A stretch of 62,569 bases of DNA, counting the filler, from Globobulimina sp. (taxonomy: Eukaryota), in the NCBI GenBank assembly GCA_003354225.1. It is 42 parts of 42 records of this genome, joined end to end, with 100 filler letters (N's around TTAATTAATTAA, not from the genome) between each part and the next. Parts side by side here need not be neighbours in the genome. Positions count along the whole stretch, not along the records: positions 10,452 to 11,844 come from PIVH01017405.1; positions 11,945 to 13,337 come from PIVH01017406.1; positions 13,438 to 14,830 come from PIVH01017407.1; positions 14,931 to 16,323 come from PIVH01017408.1; positions 16,424 to 17,816 come from PIVH01017409.1; positions 17,917 to 19,309 come from PIVH01017410.1; positions 19,410 to 20,802 come from PIVH01017411.1; positions 20,903 to 22,295 come from PIVH01017412.1; 34 more parts are not named here. One strand, written 5' to 3'. Below are positions 11,761-22,735 of this stretch, piece by piece (the first letter of the stretch is position 1; every line of letters starts with the position of its first letter). The position numbers and the translations under genes are program-made. The notes under the pieces were generated by a model. The model did no database searches and was not told the origin of the DNA. It worked only from the letters and a program-made list of their open reading frames with translations.

Positions 11761-12071
11761 TATTAGTAAACATACACACAAATATTGCTCGTATTATTAA
11801 TCAAACAAAACAGAAAAAATAATTAACTTGTCTGTGTTTTTTGTNNNNNNNNNNNNNNNNNNNNNNNNNNNNNNNNNNNNNNNNNNNNTTAATTAATTAA
11901 NNNNNNNNNNNNNNNNNNNNNNNNNNNNNNNNNNNNNNNNNNNNCCTAGTATTCGATGACCTAGGTCAACTTCGAATGCTAGGTTCAAAACCACTCTAGC
12001 TAACCAAAAACTTTTCTAATCGTTGAAATGAAACGAAACGAAACTAAGCCAAAAAAGTTAAATGATTATAT

Positions 12072-13097
12072 TTAATATTGACAAGCTAACGAAGAATTTA
12101 TTATCATTTGATAAACACAGGTTGCAATTTGCTTTGCTTGAACAATGTGTGGTGTTATAGCTGATTTATCGCAAAACCATTCAACATTAAATACAGTTTG
12201 TCCACCTTGACATGGTTCACCGTTCGTATATGTAAATTGCCACACACCAACACCCGGAATATAGTTTGCTTCATTATATCCATCCTCCCAAATTGCTAAA
12301 TATTGCTTGCAATCAAAATTCAATCCATCAAAATTCAATCCATCAAAAATATATGCCATTACCAGCGCATTATCTCCACATTTAGCCTCATTTGCGCATG
12401 GCGTATACATAAAATATAAAGATTCCATATCAGCATCTGCTGCAGATAACAATTGTCCTTTTATTGAGGTCATGTTGAATGTATGATTACCACTTTCCGA
12501 TTTAAATACACATTCATGCACAGGAATTGAAGTTGTCGTGGTAGTATAATCAGGACAGGCAAAATATGATAGTACAGTGATCTCATACATACATTTATCA
12601 TGATTGTTCAAATAAGCCGGAAGCGAGGCAAATGGGGTTGTTTTATTGCATATAAACATAAATCTGGTTTTATACGGATATATTCTCCCGTATTCTTGAT
12701 AACATTCCTCTCCATTATCAAATTCAATAAATATTCCACCATTTGGATCTGAATTGTTTAATACATTCATTCTCGCTGGGTCAGATTGCCATCCTGCCAG
12801 CAATAATCTACATGCTCCATTCGTCCATTGTTGTGCACATCCAATACCAGGGTTTTGCTGCGTGCATATATACCCTGTTAAATTGCGACAAACTGAAAAA
12901 TAATATGTTAAATCTGGATTTGTTGCATCTGTTGTATTAAGTGTTCCCATGTTATACAGTCCTGTTAAATCATATGTTACATTTGTTTCATACGGGGTAA
13001 TTAACGTAAATTTACATGGAGCATCCTGCGATTTTATTGTCAATATTTTAAACAAAATTAATATTGTTAATAAGTGGGACATGGAGGATTCGAACAT
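12072..13097 (-). CDS. Secreted protein with two mannose-6-phosphate-receptor homology (MRH) domains
   Basis: Signal peptide, YDLTGL..YYFSVC, FDNGEEC..FIC..CMYEI..FACP, then a second repeat. No TM helix. Confidence 0.8.
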   Translation of the reverse strand: MFESSMSHLLTILILFKILTIKSQDAPCKFTLITPYETNVTYDLTGLYNMGTLNTTDATNPDLTYYFSVCRNLTGYICTQQNPGIGCAQQWTNGACRLLLAGWQSDPARMNVLNNSDPNGGIFIEFDNGEECYQEYGRIYPYKTRFMFICNKTTPFASLPAYLNNHDKCMYEITVLSYFACPDYTTTTTSIPVHECVFKSESGNHTFNMTSIKGQLLSAADADMESLYFMYTPCANEAKCGDNALVMAYIFDGLNFDGLNFDCKQYLAIWEDGYNEANYIPGVGVWQFTYTNGEPCQGGQTVFNVEWFCDKSAITPHIVQAKQIATCVYQMIINSSLACQY

Positions 13098-13517
13098 GAC
13101 GAAAGTTAATGTGACATTTGAAAACTTGGATTTTAAAACACTACAAAATATTTATATTAATTGTCAGAATAGTAAGCATATTCAAATTCAGCTGCAGTGG
13201 ACACAGTGGTGGAGCCAGCAACATTGAGCAACAAATTATATTTAATTGTTACGGGCGGATTGTTGCTGCCGTTAATTGTGGCTTTGTTGGGCGTATTGTT
13301 GGCCGTTACAGGTGTATTGAGCTCAGTGAATATGTTTNNNNNNNNNNNNNNNNNNNNNNNNNNNNNNNNNNNNNNNNNNNNTTAATTAATTAANNNNNNN
13401 NNNNNNNNNNNNNNNNNNNNNNNNNNNNNNNNNNNNNTATACTATTTAAATTTTAAATATATTTAGCAATTTAAATAGAAAAAAACTCATTATTGACTCA
13501 AATATCATAGCAATTAA

Positions 13518-13940
13518 TTAACTTATTTCAAGGGCAGTCAGTATTTTACGCGTAGTCTCAATAACAAATCTTCGAGCCGAATATTCAGTCTTAGTAGTAT
13601 CAGACCTTTTAACAATCTTCCTATAAAATCTATGCGTATTACCATGTTTAAAATCGATATTTACTATAACTCTATTATGCTCATTTACGAACATCCTATA
13701 ATATATCTTAACATTACTACATGAATATATCATATTTTTATCATTTGGCTTAATGTATTCAGTTAATTTATATTTCTTTTTACAATACTCCTCAAACGAT
13801 GGCATGTATGAATACAACAATTTCGAAATATTTCTGTTATTATTTACATGCGATCGTTTTGGTGCATACTTCTTATAAGCACGCTCCTGTTGTGTTAATT
13901 CGTAGTTGATTACTTCGGTGTTATTACAAAAAGAAACCAT
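13518..13940 (-). CDS. Hypothetical protein (virus-like contig)
   Basis: Complete intronless 140-aa ORF with TAAATATG start context. Confidence 0.6.
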   Translation of the reverse strand: MVSFCNNTEVINYELTQQERAYKKYAPKRSHVNNNRNISKLLYSYMPSFEEYCKKKYKLTEYIKPNDKNMIYSCSNVKIYYRMFVNEHNRVIVNIDFKHGNTHRFYRKIVKRSDTTKTEYSARRFVIETTRKILTALEIS

Positions 13941-13981
13941 ATTTATTTTAATAATTTTGCATAATAAATTTTAATTATTTT

Positions 13982-14482
13982 TCATATACTCATGTGCATT
14001 ATCTCATTATTGATATTATTATCTCTCAATTCATATATATACTTATAATCTACGAGGCTTTTTGTCAATTTGTGTATTTGACCTTTACTTAGATATATTT
14101 TGTGTTTTATTAAATTATCAATGGTTTGAGCTTTGTTCTTATAATTCATTTTATTCAAGAACAGATATGATATGTATTTTAAATTATTATTTGAACATCT
14201 CTCATAAATTGCTCTATCAAACTTGTTAGTTAAAAACCCTTCAACTTTACTTATTATATATTTCTCTTTTGTGTTATCAATTAAAAACCAACTCAAATCA
14301 TTATCGTCTATCTTATAATCATCAATGAACATCTTCTTAATTAATAAATCTTTAGCTTTTATGTAATAAAAACCTCTATTCTTATAAATAGTCCTATATA
14401 TATTTAAATGCTTTGACGATCTATCATGCGCTTTTTGCGATTTTACACGTTTATCACACATTTTACAATGATACATATTCAT
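13982..14482 (-). CDS. Hypothetical protein with N-terminal C2H2 (jaz/matrin-like) zinc finger (virus-like contig)
   Basis: YHCKMCDK...HDRSSKH; complete ORF ending 41 bp from the next start. Confidence 0.65.
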   Translation of the reverse strand: MNMYHCKMCDKRVKSQKAHDRSSKHLNIYRTIYKNRGFYYIKAKDLLIKKMFIDDYKIDDNDLSWFLIDNTKEKYIISKVEGFLTNKFDRAIYERCSNNNLKYISYLFLNKMNYKNKAQTIDNLIKHKIYLSKGQIHKLTKSLVDYKYIYELRDNNINNEIMHMSI

Positions 14483-14618
14483 TTTTAGTATATTCTTTAG
14501 TATATATTATATAACTATTTTGTAACACGTAATTACAAAATAAATATTTATAATTGACTCAATCAGCGTAGCTATTCTCGTCAAATGCCGATTGACTTGA
14601 TTTGTCCTATAATATAAT

Positions 14619-14819
14619 TTATTTTCTTATATACGTAGTTGTTGTTGTCGTATTCGTGTTTGATGCGTTAAAATTAGCCCCAAATATTTTGTCAAAATGC
14701 TTAAACGGATCTTTTGCATCATACCCAAATATATCCGGAAAATCAGCAAATGGATCTTTTGCATCTTGTTTAATTTGTTTAATTTGCTTAGTTATTTTAT
14801 TTGCTGACTTGTTAGGCAT
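14619..14819 (-). CDS. Small hypothetical protein with an internal DAKDPF duplication
   Basis: 66-aa ORF co-oriented with the two ORFs downstream. Confidence 0.45.
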   Translation of the reverse strand: MPNKSANKITKQIKQIKQDAKDPFADFPDIFGYDAKDPFKHFDKIFGANFNASNTNTTTTTTYIRK

Positions 14820-14930
14820 TATATTATATANNNNNNNNNNNNNNNNNNNNNNNNNNNNNNNNNNNNNNNNNNNNTTAATTAATTAANNNNNNNNNNNNNN
14901 NNNNNNNNNNNNNNNNNNNNNNNNNNNNNN

Positions 14931-16323
14931 GCATTCAATTTCCTCCTCTTCCTATTCGGCGCTCCTTTAACTTTCCCTTTCCCTTTGCCTTTGCCATCAC
15001 TCTCCAATTTCCTTTTTTTCGTATTACCACTCTCATTCTTACCACTTTTAATGGTAACATTGCCGTCCATATCCACATCCTCCTCATCCTCATCATCGCT
15101 GATCGTCCACGCAACGTCCTCCTCCCCCTCGTCATCACTGTCCTTATCAAACAATGAACTCTTCTCTTGTTTCTCCGGCAATTCATACTCTTTATTCGCT
15201 AGATCTTCGCCTATGTTTTTCTCCAATTTCTGAAACAACGCATCATTCTCAGACTCATCCCCTTCCAAATCAGACAAAACATCCTCATCTCCATCATCCA
15301 CCAAATCATAGTCATTTAAGTTCGCCTCATCCTCATCATCACTCATAAACTCATCGAAATCGCCCAATGCCTCCAACTGTCCCCTCCGCTTATTACTTTT
15401 CAACCGTTTGCTTAATATCTTATCTGTTATCAATGATTTCGAGGCATCATCGCCAGTCTGCAACGATTTGCTATCCCGGATATTATGCTGTTCCTTATAC
15501 TCTGTCATAAATGTATTATAATACTCATCGCCCATCAGATCACCCAACATTTCCATTTCCTCGCTGTTGATACTTACTTTATCCATATACATCTCCTTCA
15601 ATTTGAGCTTAGCTTCATCGGTAATCTCGTCGGCGCGCAACTTCTTCCGCTTCGACTTGACATTGCCAGCCGAATCGTGCCCGAACAAATTGCCTAATTT
15701 CTCCATCATGGATTTCTCCGCTTGCTTTTTCCTCCATTTCGCCAGCTGTTGCAGGTGCCGCTTCTCTGCATATTCTGCGCAGGCTTGGCCCTCAGCCACG
15801 AGCTGTGTGGATATGCCAAATTCGATGAAGGTGGCGGGGTACACGGTGGCGGTGCGAGTGGTGCCCGTCCATTCCATCAAGACGTACGAATAGTTTTTGT
15901 CTTTTTGCTTGGGTTTGCCCAACCAATCCCGACGCACATTTTCTTCTTTGTCGCTCGCTTTGGCGGCTTCTTCGAAATGGAACCACCATTCCCGACCGCC
16001 TTGGAGGTATCGCCGCTCATTTTCATCTTCTTCCAAACCGAACTTTACTAAATATGTTTTTGTTGTGGTTTGTATGTAAGAACTTTATGGATTATGGCGC
16101 GAGGATGCTATGAAGAGATGAGATGCATACATTTTGCAATTAATTCTTCGCGTTTTTTGGCATTTAATGATTTGTCGTATTGTACGCGTTCTAATTTAGT
16201 TTGGAGGTCATCTTCGCGAATGGCTTTAATTTTCGATTTGGGGAATCGTGGACCTTTGGAGCCTACAAAATGACCGATATAGGCTCGATTGCAAGCCAAT
16301 GATTTCTTGAATAATGAGCATTT
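14931..16323 (-). CDS. Acidic nuclear protein, possibly TFIIF alpha subunit (RAP74/Tfg1)-like; partial with a probable intron
   Basis: SYVLM...VYPA.FIEF...EYAEKR pattern followed by a long Asp/Glu tract and basic NLS. Confidence 0.45.
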
Positions 16324-16423
16324 NNNNNNNNNNNNNNNNNNNNNNNNNNNNNNNNNNNNNNNNNNNNTTAATTAATTAANNNNNNNNNNNNNNNNNNNNN
16401 NNNNNNNNNNNNNNNNNNNNNNN

Positions 16424-17668
16424 ATCGGCGACATTCGTCCGCAATAAATTAATATTATCGATGCAATTATACTTTTGCAGCTCGCCGGTGCCGTTTCTTA
16501 TGTTATTCGAACGATTCAATAATGAGCATCCCGCACAAAACCCGCCAACGTCGTTATTAATTCTCTTATATTTAAATATCAAATTTTTAACCGTTTTTGT
16601 ATAATTTTTGCAGGCGTTTTCATTGCACGGTTTGATGTGAAATTTATCATAAATATCGCTGTTATTTTGATGTTGTGCACAATTGTAATTATCTTTCATT
16701 CTCTTAAAATGTTTAATAAAACCACATAATGTCAACCATGGACCGCCCGTGCACTCATTACGTGGGCAAATCCATTCATATTTGACTTTATTCGCTGAAA
16801 TACCATTTGTATCAATGTTGCACGTACTGCACGTTACGTTGCAATGTATTAATTGATTTGTATCATAATCAGTTTGTATGTAATTCGTGCAATTTATTTT
16901 ATAACACTTTGCCGCAACTTTTTGATTTGGTTGCTCAATATTTTCAGACTCAAAGTTTTTATTTTCAGAGTCACAAACTTCGGAGTCGCAGACTTCAGGT
17001 TTGCGCACTATAATTTTGCCCGCGATTTTAAGCCGGCAAATTTTACAAATTAAGTCACAGTCTTTGTGCGGAATCTCGCTATTTTCTGTCAAGAAAGACA
17101 ACGAAAACCGACGTTTACATATATTGCATTTATATTTGTTTAATTGGTTGCCATTACAACGCTGATTGTTTACTGTATTATTATTTGTGTTATTTATTAT
17201 TATTTGTTTATTATTAACAATGTTTTTATTTTGTTTATTTTTATTTAAATCAACAATTAAATCAGAAATTAATACATCAGCCGATGAAGCACTTGAATCT
17301 GATTCATATGAATGTAAATCTAATGCTTTCTTTTTCTTTCTCGCTGTATAAATATCTCCAGTTACTTCAACATCGTTTTTTCTTTTTCTCTTCAATCCAC
17401 GGCTTGATTTACGATCTAATGTCAATATCGTATCTATATTTGTGCCGTCTTTATTGTTTTGTAATAAAATGTTACTAAAATCTATTTCATCCACTTTGTC
17501 ACGCTCAAATTGTATACATTTACTATTTAAGGGCGGTTTAATAGGACGCCGTCGATTTTTATTCTGGATCTCATCCTTTGTGTTTAATGTCTCTTCTTTT
17601 GATGGCGAAGTGCCTTTTTTTTTGTTTACGATTCTTATCATCAATAAATGGCTCAAACTTCGCGGCAC
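16424..17668 (-). CDS. Intronless Cys-rich, multi-zinc-finger hypothetical protein; 3' truncated
   Basis: CNIC..CKIC, CSTC, CPRNEC..FIKH and CAGC. Confidence 0.55.
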
Positions 17669-17979
17669 ATTTTTTGCGGAACAGAATTGTGGAGTTTTTG
17701 CTATGTTTTATGGAACAGGTTTTTGAATTGCGGAAACGCAAAGCGGATAGCTCCGCAAAATGCTTTTTCGAGTTAGTTTGACGAAGAAAATAAAATAAAT
17801 TAAATAAAACATGTTTNNNNNNNNNNNNNNNNNNNNNNNNNNNNNNNNNNNNNNNNNNNNTTAATTAATTAANNNNNNNNNNNNNNNNNNNNNNNNNNNN
17901 NNNNNNNNNNNNNNNNGTTACATATTATTATTATTATTCTGTACTGTATGCATTGCTTAATTATAAACAAAAAACAAAG

Positions 17980-18812
17980 AGGAATGCCGGACAAATCGCA
18001 GCGTCAAACTGTTATGTTTTCAGCGACATTCCCTGATCCAATCCAGCAGCTCGCCAAGAATTTCCTGAAGGAATTCGTCTTTGTCAAAGTGTCAAACTTG
18101 GCGTCTTCGGCGGGCCCGGTTACGCAGATTGTGAAATGGGTGCAGGAATCGCAGAAACGAGAGACTTTAATTAAAGACATTGCTGAAACTGCTGGCAAAA
18201 TCATTGGTATTTACTTTGTTTTTCGTGCGTTTGTTGAGTATAAGGAGCATTGCATAACGTTTGCGAGTCATAATGTTGCATGATTTTGTTTGTTTGTTGA
18301 TATATATTTTGTTTGTTTGCGTTTTGTGTGTTTATATTTTGATTGAATACAGTTTTTTGTGGTCGACGTCAAATTGCAGATTCGACCTGTAATCATTTGA
18401 AAGAAAAAGGAATCTCTGCCGGATGCCTGCATGGTATGTCATGTACTCTTATTTGTGAATGCAATTTTATTTGTGGCAATGTGTGGAAACAGGCCATATG
18501 GGTCAACGTTGCAGAGAGGAAACAATATTGAAGTTCAAGGATGATAAGTTTAGAATATTGTGCGCGACATCAGTGGCAGCGCGCGGATTGGATTTCCCAT
18601 CCATTGAGAAAGTGATTAATTTTGATATGCCAGTATCTATACAAAATTATACGCATAGGATTGGTAGAACGGGAAGGATTGGAAGCAATGGTATTGCCAT
18701 ATCATATTTTAACCGTACGTCGAGGAGTATTGCTGGTGCATTGGCGCAGTATTTAACATCAAATAATCAAAAACTACCGCGATGGTTAAATGAAATGTCA
18801 TGGAAAAGATAG
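17980..18812 (+). CDS. DEAD-box RNA helicase, DDX3/Ded1/Vasa-like, C-terminal half; introns 18207-18352 and 18434-18492
   Basis: RQTVMFSATFP, ATSVAARGLD and HRIGRTGR; splicing restores IVFC and LHG. Confidence 0.9.
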
Positions 18813-19409
18813 TACGGATTGAAAAAGTAAATTGATATAAATTATAAAATGATTTTTTTTTGTTTACAGTTATAAATCAGAGGTTGGCATTGTAACTGTT
18901 GTGTGTTTAGGTCTTAATGATGTTTATCGTTAGGGTATGTACACACAAAAGTTACAAATCCCCGTTCGATCTTGACGTACATAAACCCCTACTTTTAAGT
19001 CGAGGTTCAGGTGGATCAATTGAATGCTTTGGATGAGGAGGAGCAAAAGAAAAATTATGCCAATAAGAAAAAGAAATTGAAAGGGAAAGATAAGGGTAAT
19101 AAAGGAAATAAAGGTAAAACACTTATTGATAAAATTCAGGAAAAAAAGAAGAAGTCCAATAGAGTTTTCCTATTTGACCTTGATTTTGCTCATGATCAAC
19201 GTTTTTTAATCATTTGTGAATTGTTAGAGAAAAAGCTTAAGTTTCTTTTCGTCTAATTGTTTGTTATAATAAAGTACGATATTTAGTTACAGTTTCTAAT
19301 CGTGACACANNNNNNNNNNNNNNNNNNNNNNNNNNNNNNNNNNNNNNNNNNNNTTAATTAATTAANNNNNNNNNNNNNNNNNNNNNNNNNNNNNNNNNNN
19401 NNNNNNNNN

Positions 19410-19671
19410 ATGTTTGATACAGATGATGCTTCCAAGAAACAATCTGCTCAGACAGCTCAAGATCTTGAAAACAATGACGAATATAATACCTCATTTAATA
19501 CGGCCTCATAAATGCAATGTTTGTTCAGAAAGGTTCAAACACAAAAAACAATTATATTCACATACACAAACTCATATTGGAGTGAAACCATTTCAATGTC
19601 GCATTTGTTATAAAGCATTCGTTGGTAAACATAGTCTGGCTGTTCATCGAGCATCATATCATGGAACATGA
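19410..19671 (+). CDS. C2H2 zinc-finger protein, 3' end
   Basis: Two C2H2 fingers with an HIGVKPF linker. Confidence 0.85.
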
Positions 19672-19733
19672 TTGTTTATTGAGTGTATACTTTTTCTAAA
19701 ATAAAGTGTAAAGTTTACTTCTAAAAACCTGCC

Positions 19734-20802
19734 ATGGCATACACTTACAGTTGGAGAAATTGCCAATACGCAGCGCTAATAATGGTCTTCATAGTTGTAC
19801 TGAATCAATTATTTTTAATGAACAATAACTACATCGTCAACAATGAAGCATATTTAGCATCGAACACAATCAAAACCAAACCACAGCTGGATTTTGTATA
19901 CAATAAACACAAAAATGATTTCATCCACTTGAATGGACTGAAATTAACCACAAAAATGATAAATGCAGAAACAAACAAAACCGTCATATGCGACCCAATC
20001 AAATACAACTACATCAAACTCTTATTAGCAGATCTAAAACAATTCAATCGCAAAGCTGACCGCAGTCCAGTAACCAGTCAACAAATCGATGCATTCTTTC
20101 TCAAAAAAGATGTGATTCGTTGGTACTGGCTGCGAAGAGCACGGATCCAAATTATAAACGGAAACATGTACACCAATAACATTGAAATCGGCAAAGACGA
20201 TGAAGAGGGCTACAGAACGGGAGCTATATTATATCTACAACGAATCTGCAAATTATATAACCACTACATCCCAGACACAGACTTTTTATGGCATTATCAT
20301 GACAAGAAAGGTTCAATGAAAAACTTAGCTGAATATGACTGGCGAAATGCATCCAGAGTACCAATTTTTGTCAGTGACTTTAACGAAGCATCATTACCGA
20401 AGACACGAACGTTATATTTCATCCCCAGAGGCTATTTAAAGTATAAATACTTTGCAGATATCGCAGAGAGAGAAGGTGGAGAAGACATATCACAGTTATA
20501 CTGTGCTAAAAACATACGGAGAATTAAAGATTATTTGGAATATCTTGAAATTAAGCAGCATGACACAAGCTTACTGCAATGGGACAATAAACGGATAAAC
20601 AAAGCAGTGTTCAGAGGGTATTTGAACAATGGATTTTCCAGGAAACATTTTTTCAGTGTGTTAAATTTATCAGATATTGGCAGTGTGGCGGCTGACTATT
20701 TTGATGCAGCGTTTACTACGGAATGGGCAAATACAGCGGATGCGCATAAGAAGGAGATTTATAGCGATCGGGATAAGTTTCATGTGAACAAAGCAAATGA
20801 GT
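19734..20802 (+). CDS. Type II membrane glycosyltransferase, GT90/CAP10 (KDELC/POGLUT-like); 3' truncated
   Basis: N-terminal TM, IPDTDF..HYHD and WDNKRINKAVFRG. Confidence 0.7.
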
Positions 20803-21253
20803 NNNNNNNNNNNNNNNNNNNNNNNNNNNNNNNNNNNNNNNNNNNNTTAATTAATTAANNNNNNNNNNNNNNNNNNNNNNNNNNNNNNNNNNNNNNNNNN
20901 NNCTTGTTATTACTATATTATTCTATTAGAAAAAGTAAGATGAAATAGATGTTGAAATTTAATTAAAATTGTAATCTAATGTCAAACCAAAACTCTATTG
21001 TTGGAGCAATTAGGTGACAACATCTGATTGGTGCACATGTCTAATGGGTGACTTTGTCGAGGGCTAGAGACATTCACCTGGTAAATTAATCTTGACTCAA
21101 TAATATTGTGGATTATAAGATTCAAGATATGCATAGCAAATTTGTCTGGTAAGTTGGCACTCACCAGCTTATACAGAATGAATAAAACTTACAGACTATC
21201 CAGGAGGGATGGAAGCTGCTGTAGTAAAGCTTCAAAGTAAAGCTGGTTTTGCT

Positions 21254-21440
21254 GCCTTAAAAGGTGGTATTTATGATCACCATTCATCAGATTATTTGGG
21301 AATTTGGAAACTATGTGAAATTATTTAGAAAAACATTAGATGACAATAATTTAAACCATATTAAAATAGTTGTCGCGGATAATGGTATGGCTAATATAAA
21401 TACTTTTGTATCTCAAATAAACAGTGACAAAGCATTTGCC
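21254..21440 (+). pseudogene. GALC: Galactocerebrosidase (GH59) relic with a frameshifting deletion
   Basis: DYLGIW in one frame abuts NYVKLFRKTLD...IKIVVADN in another; GALC has DYIGIWNE..NYIK.LRK.L...KIIASDN. Confidence 0.65.
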
Positions 21441-21516
21441 CGGATACATAATAGTGGTAGGAATTAATAAACATTGAAATGCACCCATAAAACGCACAAT
21501 AGTACGAATTATAATA

Positions 21517-21709
21517 AGTCTTTGTCGTTTATGAGTGAGAGTCAGAGCCGAGCTGAGCAGAGTAGAGTCTAGTGATCGAGTGCCATGGGTTTGGTTAATA
21601 GTAAAAAAAACCATGCCAACTCGGCTCGACTCGATCACTAAAATCATGTCGACTACACTCTGACTCTACTCTGCTCGACTCCGACTTTCACTCATAAACG
21701 ACAAAGACT
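21517..21709. mobile_element. 193-bp foldback MITE with TA target-site duplication
   Basis: Perfect terminal inverted repeat AGTCTTTGTCGTTTATGAGTGA, imperfect internal symmetry, TA at 21515-16 and 21710-11. Confidence 0.9.
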
Positions 21710-22395
21710 TAGTTTCAATTGGCATTTATATCTTCCATAAAATTATGAGGATCACTCTGTTTCCCAGCAGCAACAATGGAGCCATCTGGCATTTGGATCA
21801 TAACTACTTCCATTGCAGGCGCCGATGGTTGTTGTGGTTGGAATTCTCCACTTCCTTCTATAGCATATGTATTACTTTTCATCTCTCTTAATGGCACCTA
21901 TAGCCTCGAAGGAATGGATCAAACGACCTCCTCTCGGATTATTGCGGTTTATTTATTTTTGTATTTATAAAAATACTAATCCAATCAAAACAATTTGAAT
22001 ATAATTCGGAAAACCATAAGACCTCCATTTATGAAAAAGAAACGTATTATTCAATGCAAGGAACATTTGACACGAAAACAAATTCCGTATGGCGAATATT
22101 TCCATTTAGATGAGGCTGATAAACATCTGTCTGGACATTGATTTTAAAAATAAAACATTAGTTTGCAAGAACCAGAAATGGCACCATTTTACAGAATTTA
22201 TACACTGGAAATGATGAATATTATATAGCTATAATCATGTTTTTTTATTTTATTTTATTTATTTTCATTTATGAGCAAAGCAATGGTAATATTATNNNNN
22301 NNNNNNNNNNNNNNNNNNNNNNNNNNNNNNNNNNNNNNNTTAATTAATTAANNNNNNNNNNNNNNNNNNNNNNNNNNNNNNNNNNNNNNNNNNNN

Positions 22396-22676
22396 TGCAT
22401 TGCGACATTTTGGATACACCCGAACATTTTTATGAAAACGATTTATTCATCAAAGGATATTTGCGAGTTCGAGAATATTTAAATATTGATAAAAGAATCG
22501 AAATTATAAACTCAAGATTCGATTTGTTACATGAATTATTTGAAATTGTCATGTCGCAGCAAGAGACATCCCACGCTTCGAAATTAGAATGGATTGTTAT
22601 ATGGTTAATTGTTGTGGAAATATTTTTAGGTCTCATTGAGCTCTTTACTCAATATGTAATTATAGGGCATGAGTAA
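22396..22676 (+). CDS. RMD1/RMND1 (DUF155) family, C-terminus
   Basis: LDTPE..YE, EYLNIDKRIEIINSR and KLEWIVIWLIVVEI. Confidence 0.9.
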
Positions 22677-22735
22677 TTTTTAAATTTTAAATATTTTTGC
22701 AACCTCTCACATCGAAGTTAATTGTCTATATAGTA

